This document shows positions 57,666 to 64,000 of a stretch of DNA of 64,000 nucleotides, piece by piece (position 1 is the first letter of the stretch; each line of letters opens with the position of its first letter). Both the position numbers and the translations under genes were made by a program. Source of the DNA: a virus. Location: IMG/VR virus record IMGVR_UViG_3300025137_004926; one strand, given 5' to 3'. Under the pieces are notes generated by a model. That model ran no database searches. It saw only the letters and a list, made by a program, of their open reading frames with translations, and had not been told where the DNA came from.

Positions 57666-57896
57666 ATGAAACTAACAGAATTATTAGGTGAAAATTTTAG
57701 TGGAGCGTTTGCAGGTGTGGCTATGCCAATGACACCTGGCACGAAAGCTAAAGATGCCAAAAAAGCAGTAGACCCGTTTGGGTATTTGACACCTGGTAAG
57801 AAACAAAAGAACTATAAGATGGGTTTTTCTGCCGATGTAGGTAACTTAGTTTATAATAAGCCTGTCAAGAGTCCAATGATTAAGAGAGCAAAATAA
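57666..57896 (+). CDS. small probable virion internal protein
   Basis: N-terminus MKLTELLGE; basic body. Confidence 0.7.
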   Translation: MKLTELLGENFSGAFAGVAMPMTPGTKAKDAKKAVDPFGYLTPGKKQKNYKMGFSADVGNLVYNKPVKSPMIKRAK

Positions 57897-59710
57897 TGAA
57901 ACTTACACAATTAACAGAGAGTTTTGTAATCAATAACGATGAGTTTGAAGATTACTTAAACCGTGGTACGGAACAACTCAAAACAGAATTAGAAGGTGGA
58001 AAGAATGCCCGTGATGCGGTTCATGATTTAGCCTTAACATTTTCACAACAACATAATAAATCATATGAGGCATATGAACGTATGTCAGACAGTCTAGCGG
58101 CTCGTATGCATACACTAGAATTAGGTAATGAACAAGCTCCAGCTATGGATATGCCTGGTGAGATCCCATCGATGGATCCAGAAGCACCAAGCGACATGGA
58201 CATTGCACCTGATATGGCTCCCGAAGAACCAGAAGATGGTGAAATGAGCGGTATGGATATGAATGTACCAGACGCAGAAGAAATGCCAGGTGAACAAGAC
58301 ATGGCAGATTATGATGCAGTGATGGCGAATAAGCCAGATGCTGATGCCGAAGAAGATACAACAGAAGAAAGTATCGAAGAATCTTCAACTGCTCTTTTAA
58401 ATAAAGAAGATTATATGGCAAAGCGTAAAGCACTAGCAGATATTCAGATGGACCCTGACACAGCAAATAACGAAGACCTCAAAAGAGAAGTAATGCGTAG
58501 AAAAGCAGAACTTGAAGACCAAGCACAAAAAATGGGTATCAAAGAAGGTACTATGATTGGTGGACTAATGAAATATGATGGTCAACCAGAAGAAGAATAT
58601 TCAGAGGCTGTTGCAAAATACAATGAATTTATGGCTACACCTCGTCCAGCAGGCGAAGATACAAGTGACATGGTTATGTCTTTTGTATTTGACGATGAAC
58701 TATTAGATGATATGTATGTTGCACAAGAAGAAGGCAACAAAGATGTTAGACCTATGGTTGCTAAGAGAATGGCAGAACTTGGTCATGCAAATGAATCAGT
58801 ATCAGAAGCAGATGAAAAACCATACATTTGTGTACATGCTCAAAAAGGCAAACATGAATGTCATGCGTCTACTTCATATGGAGCGGCTAAAAAAGCGGCT
58901 GAACATTGGGGTATGAAATCAACTGCTGGTATCGATGCACATTTGGCAGTAGATGAAAGCGAAGCAGTTGTTGAAGCAAACGCAATGGATACTATAAAGA
59001 AAATTGTAGCAGACAAACAAAATATGCCTGTTAAATTTGATGATGGGTCTATGAAAGTTGACTTATTCACTGCTAGTGCAGTTTCACAAGTTTATGATAA
59101 AGTAAATGACGCAAACAGAGAAAAAATTGACAATATGCTTAAAACAAAAGCTGGTATGTTAAAGATTGCAGACTTCGCCATGGGTTCTATGAAAGAAGGC
59201 AAACTAGATACTGCTATGAACATAGCAAAGAAAGTAGGAAAAGTAGCTGGTGCAGTCAAAACAGGTGCAGAGAAAGTTGGTAAAGGTGTTAAAGTTGCAA
59301 AAGCAGTAGGTAATAGCACAGTCGGAAAAGCAGTAGGCGGCACACTTGGTAACTTAGCCAAAGCAGTTGGTGTTGGTATGCAGAATAAAGCATCAGATTT
59401 AACTGGTGGGCAAATTAAGAAATCTAAAGTAAAAGTATTCAATGCAGATGATGTAGCAGACAGAATTGTTAATAATTCGGCTAGAATTGCAATGTCAGAG
59501 TACAACGAATTCTACAAAGAACTAGACAAAGCGGCCAAACAAGGCAAAAAAGCTGGTGACAGTATTTCAGTTGGTGGCAAGAACATCAAATTAAAATCTA
59601 ATCCAAAGAAAATGTCAGACCTAACTGACTCAGATTTTACAAAGATTGACATAGTAGCACAGAAGCTAATGGACGCTTGTGGCGGATCAATGAAAAAATA
59701 CAAAAAATAA
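57896..59710 (+). CDS. acidic modular probable prohead-core / internal protein
   Basis: N-terminus MKLTQLTE; M/P/D/E-rich tract; x-x-E-delimited modules; one module shared with the C-terminus of 50954. Confidence 0.75.
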   Translation: MKLTQLTESFVINNDEFEDYLNRGTEQLKTELEGGKNARDAVHDLALTFSQQHNKSYEAYERMSDSLAARMHTLELGNEQAPAMDMPGEIPSMDPEAPSDMDIAPDMAPEEPEDGEMSGMDMNVPDAEEMPGEQDMADYDAVMANKPDADAEEDTTEESIEESSTALLNKEDYMAKRKALADIQMDPDTANNEDLKREVMRRKAELEDQAQKMGIKEGTMIGGLMKYDGQPEEEYSEAVAKYNEFMATPRPAGEDTSDMVMSFVFDDELLDDMYVAQEEGNKDVRPMVAKRMAELGHANESVSEADEKPYICVHAQKGKHECHASTSYGAAKKAAEHWGMKSTAGIDAHLAVDESEAVVEANAMDTIKKIVADKQNMPVKFDDGSMKVDLFTASAVSQVYDKVNDANREKIDNMLKTKAGMLKIADFAMGSMKEGKLDTAMNIAKKVGKVAGAVKTGAEKVGKGVKVAKAVGNSTVGKAVGGTLGNLAKAVGVGMQNKASDLTGGQIKKSKVKVFNADDVADRIVNNSARIAMSEYNEFYKELDKAAKQGKKAGDSISVGGKNIKLKSNPKKMSDLTDSDFTKIDIVAQKLMDACGGSMKKYKK

Positions 59711-59713
59711 GTA

Positions 59714-59742
59714 TTGACTTAGAAAATTACTTATGTTATTAT
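59714..59742 (+). promoter_or_regulatory. sigma70-type promoter for replication operon
   Basis: TTGACT-N17-TATTAT with extended TG. Confidence 0.7.
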
Positions 59743-59775
59743 AAAGAGTGTCCTAGAAATAGGGCGCTCTTTTTT
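59743..59775 (+). terminator. intrinsic terminator of late cluster
   Basis: AAAGAGTGTCCTA-GAAA-TAGGGCGCTCTTT plus T-run. Confidence 0.8.
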
Positions 59776-59793
59776 AACCTAAGGAGGAACTAT

Positions 59794-60054
59794 ATGTCAA
59801 TCGATACATTAAGTACAGAAGACAAAGCTAAATTAAAGCAATTAGTAGACGAGGGATGCTCAGTACTACAGGAAGTTGACGACCTAAAAGGTGGTCTACG
59901 TGATACAGTTAAAGCAATCGCAGATGAATTTGATATCAAACCAGGTGTTTTAAACAAAGCGATTAGCCTAGCACATAAGGCAAAATTAACAGAAGCAAAA
60001 CAAGATTTTGCTGATGTTGAAGAAGTGTTAGAGACTGTAGGACGTACCCTATAA
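59794..60054 (+). CDS. small dsDNA-binding protein (T4 DsbA / GapR-like)
   Basis: AAGGAGG RBS; 86-aa helical pattern KLKQLVDE..L.EVDDLK..LRD..K...E.DIKP..LNK.I..AHK. Confidence 0.65.
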   Translation: MSIDTLSTEDKAKLKQLVDEGCSVLQEVDDLKGGLRDTVKAIADEFDIKPGVLNKAISLAHKAKLTEAKQDFADVEEVLETVGRTL

Positions 60055-62844
60055 ATGAGTTATGTGGACGCTTATTACAACCGAGATAAAGACATTGTTC
60101 AAGTAATAGAACGTGTCGATGGAAAACGTGTCTATAATGATTTCCCTGCATGGCGTACATTTTATGTCAAAGATCCTAGAGGACAACATTCTAGTATTCA
60201 TGGCGACAAAGTACGTGAAATTAAGTGTAAGCGACTAAAAGATTTACACAAAGAACGAAGAATAAACTCAGGTAAATCTCTATACGAAAGTGATATCAAA
60301 CCAGAAGTAAGATGTCTAAGTGAGAACTACAACGGCGTAGATTCTCCTAAACTACATGTTGCATTCTTTGATATCGAGGTAGACTTTGATGCAGATAAGG
60401 GATTTGCTCCTCCAGAGGATCCCTTTATGCCTATCACTGCAATTACTGTATATCTACAGTGGTTAGATAAACTAGTCACGTTTGCTCTTCCTCCTAAACA
60501 TATGCAAGAGGGAGAAGGGCTAGAGGAAGCAGAACGTATCTGTAAACAATTTGATGATACATTTTTATATCTTGATGAAGTAGATATGTTAAATGACTTT
60601 ATTGCAGTGATTGATGATGCTGATGTTTTATCTGGTTGGAACTCAGAAGGTTTTGATATTCCATATACAGTTAGACGTATTACTCGTATGATGAGTAAAT
60701 CACATACACGTAAACTTTGTTTGTGGGACTTATTGCCTCATGAAAGAAAAGTAGTTAAGTATGGTAGGGATCAAATTACATATGACTTATCAGGTCGTAT
60801 TCACTTAGACTATCTTGAACTTTATCGTAAGTATACGTATCACGAAATGCATTCATATTCACTTAATGCTATTGGTGAGTACGAACTTGGTGATAAGAAA
60901 ATTGAGTATGAAGGTACACTAGACCAACTATACAACAGAGACTTCTATAAGTTTATTGAATACAATAGACAAGACGTTGCACTACTTGGTGAAATGGATA
61001 AGAAGCTACAGTTTATTGACTTAGCAAATGAAATTGCACATGATAACACAGTTAATATCAAAACAACTATGGGTGCTGTTGCAGTTACAGAACAAGCAAT
61101 TATTAACGAAGCACATCGTAGAAATATGGTTGTGCCTGATAGAAAAGCCAAAGATTGGGGAGAAGATGATATCGAACCAACTGATGCAGAATTAGAAGAA
61201 GCAGAAAAACAAAAAGCCGCAGGTGCATTTGTGGCAAATCCAAAGACTGGAATCCAACGTTGGGTATCAGGTATTGATATCAACTCACTTTATCCTTCAA
61301 TTATTCGTGCATTGAATATGTCTCCAGAAACTATTGTTGCACAACTTGAACCAACACTAACAGAGAAGATGATTGGTGATAGAATTGCACATGGTAGACG
61401 AAATGGTAGTAAGGGTTTCGGTGCGGCACAGGCGTGGGAAGATACATTTAGTGCAGAAGAATTTAGACTAGTCAATGAGAAAGATAAGACAGAAAAGATT
61501 AATCTTAGATTAGAGTCAGGCGAAGTAGCAGACATGACTGGTGCAGAGATACATAACTTGGTATTCAATAGCGACCTACAATGGGCTATTACTGCCAATG
61601 GTACTGTTCTTAAGCAAGATGTACAAGGTATTATTCCTAGTCTATTAGAACGTTGGTATGCTGAACGTAAAATATTACAAGCGAACAAGAAGAAAGCTAT
61701 CGAAGAAGGCGATAAAGAAAAGATTGCATTCTGGGATAAGAGACAACTTGTTAAAAAGATTAACTTGAATAGTTTATATGGTGCGATTCTAAATCCTGGT
61801 TGTCGCTTCTATGATAAACGTATAGGTCAGAGTACAACATTGTCCGGTCGTTGTATCACAAGACATATGGGTGCTAAGACTAATGAAGTAATCGCTGGTG
61901 ATTATGACTACAAAGGTGAGTCCATCATCTATGGTGATACAGATAGTATCTATTATTCTATGTATCCTGTTTATAAGGAAGACATTGACGCAGGCAAAAT
62001 TGAGTGGAGTAAAGAAAAAGTTATTGAACTATATGATGAGATTGCAAATCAAGTCAATTTAAGTTTTCCAGACTTTATGAAAGACTTCTTTAATTCTCCA
62101 CGTAAACAAGGTGAGATTATTGCCGCAGGTCGTGAGAACTGTGCAAGTATGGGTATCTTCATTAAGAAGAAACGCTATGCAATGCTTATCTTTGATGATG
62201 AAGGTGTAAGGAAAGACGTAGATGGCAAACCTGGTAAAGTAAAAGCTATGGGTCTTGACTTGAAACGTAGTGACACTCCAGACTATATGCAGAACTTTTT
62301 GAGTGATGTTCTTGTTAAAATTCTAACAGACTGTACAGAACAAGACGTTATCGATATGGTTAAAATATTCAAGAAAGAGTTTAGAGCGAAGCCTGGTTGG
62401 GAAAAAGGAACTCCTAAACGTGTTAACAATCTTACTATGTACAGAAAGAAAGTACAGAAGATTGCAAAAGCACATGGTAGAGAATTTAAACTAACAGGTG
62501 CCGAAGACAAAAGAGATAAAGTACATCTTCCGGGTCATGTTAGTGCGGCTTTAAATTGGAATACTCTACGTGAATTACATGGAGACAAATATTCTATTGA
62601 GATTACAGATGGTATGAAAACTATTGTATGTAAACTAAAACCTAATGCGTTAAAAATGACAAGTATAGGTTATCCAATCGATGAAAAACGAATTCCAGAA
62701 TGGTTTCAAGAACTTCCGTTTGACGATGAGTTAATGGAAGCAACAATCATTGATAAGAAACTAGATAATCTTATTGGTGTTCTTAAGTGGGACTTAAGTG
62801 ATGCTGATGCATCTGAACAATTTACAAATTTATTTGATTTTTAA
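60055..62844 (+). CDS. gp43: family B DNA polymerase
   Basis: Exo FDIEV, GWNSEGFDIPY, YN..D; Pol DINSLYPS, K.NLNSLYG, YGDTDS, KKRY. Confidence 0.97.
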   Translation: MSYVDAYYNRDKDIVQVIERVDGKRVYNDFPAWRTFYVKDPRGQHSSIHGDKVREIKCKRLKDLHKERRINSGKSLYESDIKPEVRCLSENYNGVDSPKLHVAFFDIEVDFDADKGFAPPEDPFMPITAITVYLQWLDKLVTFALPPKHMQEGEGLEEAERICKQFDDTFLYLDEVDMLNDFIAVIDDADVLSGWNSEGFDIPYTVRRITRMMSKSHTRKLCLWDLLPHERKVVKYGRDQITYDLSGRIHLDYLELYRKYTYHEMHSYSLNAIGEYELGDKKIEYEGTLDQLYNRDFYKFIEYNRQDVALLGEMDKKLQFIDLANEIAHDNTVNIKTTMGAVAVTEQAIINEAHRRNMVVPDRKAKDWGEDDIEPTDAELEEAEKQKAAGAFVANPKTGIQRWVSGIDINSLYPSIIRALNMSPETIVAQLEPTLTEKMIGDRIAHGRRNGSKGFGAAQAWEDTFSAEEFRLVNEKDKTEKINLRLESGEVADMTGAEIHNLVFNSDLQWAITANGTVLKQDVQGIIPSLLERWYAERKILQANKKKAIEEGDKEKIAFWDKRQLVKKINLNSLYGAILNPGCRFYDKRIGQSTTLSGRCITRHMGAKTNEVIAGDYDYKGESIIYGDTDSIYYSMYPVYKEDIDAGKIEWSKEKVIELYDEIANQVNLSFPDFMKDFFNSPRKQGEIIAAGRENCASMGIFIKKKRYAMLIFDDEGVRKDVDGKPGKVKAMGLDLKRSDTPDYMQNFLSDVLVKILTDCTEQDVIDMVKIFKKEFRAKPGWEKGTPKRVNNLTMYRKKVQKIAKAHGREFKLTGAEDKRDKVHLPGHVSAALNWNTLRELHGDKYSIEITDGMKTIVCKLKPNALKMTSIGYPIDEKRIPEWFQELPFDDELMEATIIDKKLDNLIGVLKWDLSDADASEQFTNLFDF

Positions 62845-63411
62845 ATGTATACTGATACAATAAATTCTGTAGAGTTTAAGATTATTGGTAATAATTTGAA
62901 AGAGTTTTTACAAGGACTGATTACTAATAATATAAACAATATAGATAATGGACCAGTAGAAACATTTATACTTACTCCTCAAGGTAAGATAAAACATCAA
63001 GTAACAATAACAGATAAAGGCGACAGCTTTAATATATTATGCACTAATGACCAAGGAGATTTGTTTAAGTTTTTAAATATGTATGCAATGCTTAAAAGAA
63101 TAGTTGTAGAAAAAGTAGATGTACAAAATGTATATGATAAGAAATACTTCTTAAAACTTTTAGAAAAGGGCAAACTAGATACTAATTTCTTAACACAGCC
63201 TTCTTTATATCCTGCTGAGGTAGATGATAGTTTAGTTGATTATAATAAAGGTTGTTACATAGGTCAAGAGGTTGTTGCAAGAATGCATTATAAACAGAAG
63301 AATAAGAAACAAATACTAATAAGAAACAAATTAGACATAATGTATTCAACTGCAAAAGTATTACTAGAGATAGAAAATTGGATTATTGTTAAGGTACCAG
63401 TAAATGTGTAA
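62845..63411 (+). CDS. ygfZ: YgfZ/Iba57-like folate-binding Fe-S maturation factor (compact)
   Basis: EFLQGLITN, LTPQGKI and the diagnostic KGCYIGQEVVAR motif. Confidence 0.85.
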   Translation: MYTDTINSVEFKIIGNNLKEFLQGLITNNINNIDNGPVETFILTPQGKIKHQVTITDKGDSFNILCTNDQGDLFKFLNMYAMLKRIVVEKVDVQNVYDKKYFLKLLEKGKLDTNFLTQPSLYPAEVDDSLVDYNKGCYIGQEVVARMHYKQKNKKQILIRNKLDIMYSTAKVLLEIENWIIVKVPVNV

Positions 63412-64000
63412 AGTAGGAATAGTAGGGTCTAGCTATAGTGTAGGTATGCATCATAACAAAGAGACTGGTGAAAATAATTTAGCATTACCATTTGAGACAT
63501 GGTTAGAGAAACATACAACAAACATGAGGTTTTTTAACTCAGCATGTTCTAGTAAAGGTACTGAACTTTACCTAAATAAGATTGTGTACTTAAAAGAAAA
63601 GCATAATATTGATGTTTTATTAATGGAGTTAGTAAACAATAGGTCAGAGTTAAACTTTAAATGTCTTGCAGAACCTTATCTAAAGATAAAGCATGTAACT
63701 GATATGTCTATTATAGAAGATGATGTATACAAAAATTCTGCATCCATATATGAATTCATGAGAGCATTAACCCAAGACATGGAAGAAGAATGGTTTGCGA
63801 AAACTAGAAAGACTTTTCAACATTGGAAAGAAACACAAGAACAAATGGCGGCAAATCATATGTCACCAGAGTTTTGGGGCATGTTAGATGTATATCAAGC
63901 AATTAAGCTATGTAAACTATTAGATATAAAAGTTGTAGCATGGCAGAAGTCATGGGACTTCTACAACTATCCTGGATTTAAATCAATGCTACAGAAATCA
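63404..64000 (+). CDS. partial ORF, SGNH-hydrolase-like (runs off window)
   Basis: MCKVGIVGSSYSVG..., open to the end of the window. Confidence 0.55.
   Translation, partial: MCKVGIVGSSYSVGMHHNKETGENNLALPFETWLEKHTTNMRFFNSACSSKGTELYLNKIVYLKEKHNIDVLLMELVNNRSELNFKCLAEPYLKIKHVTDMSIIEDDVYKNSASIYEFMRALTQDMEEEWFAKTRKTFQHWKETQEQMAANHMSPEFWGMLDVYQAIKLCKLLDIKVVAWQKSWDFYNYPGFKSMLQKS

Noticed and set aside
60055-62844. Intein or intron in the DNA polymerase
   Set aside because: Continuous 929-aa ORF with all motifs in order; no splicing or homing endonuclease motifs seen

Overview
This window is a 64 kb, AT-rich segment of a large lytic dsDNA bacteriophage with T4-like features. These include a family B DNA polymerase, a gp44/RFC-like clamp loader, PhoH, an overlapping spanin pair, very long fibre-type structural proteins, a recurring gp55-type late promoter ((G/T)ATAAATA), sigma70-type early promoters and ten tRNA genes that all encode CCA. 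The host is probably a marine alphaproteobacterium (inference from pseudoazurin, a COX subunit IV-like protein, an alpha-type CCA-adding domain and GANTC sites fixed inside early promoters). The window carries many host-physiology genes: ISC-type Fe-S assembly parts (IscU, IscA, ErpA, an HPD-less HscB, YgfZ), acyl carrier protein, IF-1, ClpA, a J-protein, an Smr nuclease, an MscS-like channel, a Na+/solute symporter, a MotA/TolQ-type ion-motor cassette, and a minus-strand cluster of tailoring enzymes. The most striking candidate system is a late-expressed cluster of probable capsid-packaged polyproteins (49.8-59.7 kb). One of them fuses ParB/Srx-like, alarmone-hydrolase HD, CCA-adding and HAD phosphatase domains, separated by possible prohead-protease sites, and may be an injected tRNA 3'-end repair or counter-defence kit. 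All protein assignments are from motif recognition by eye; no database search was run.
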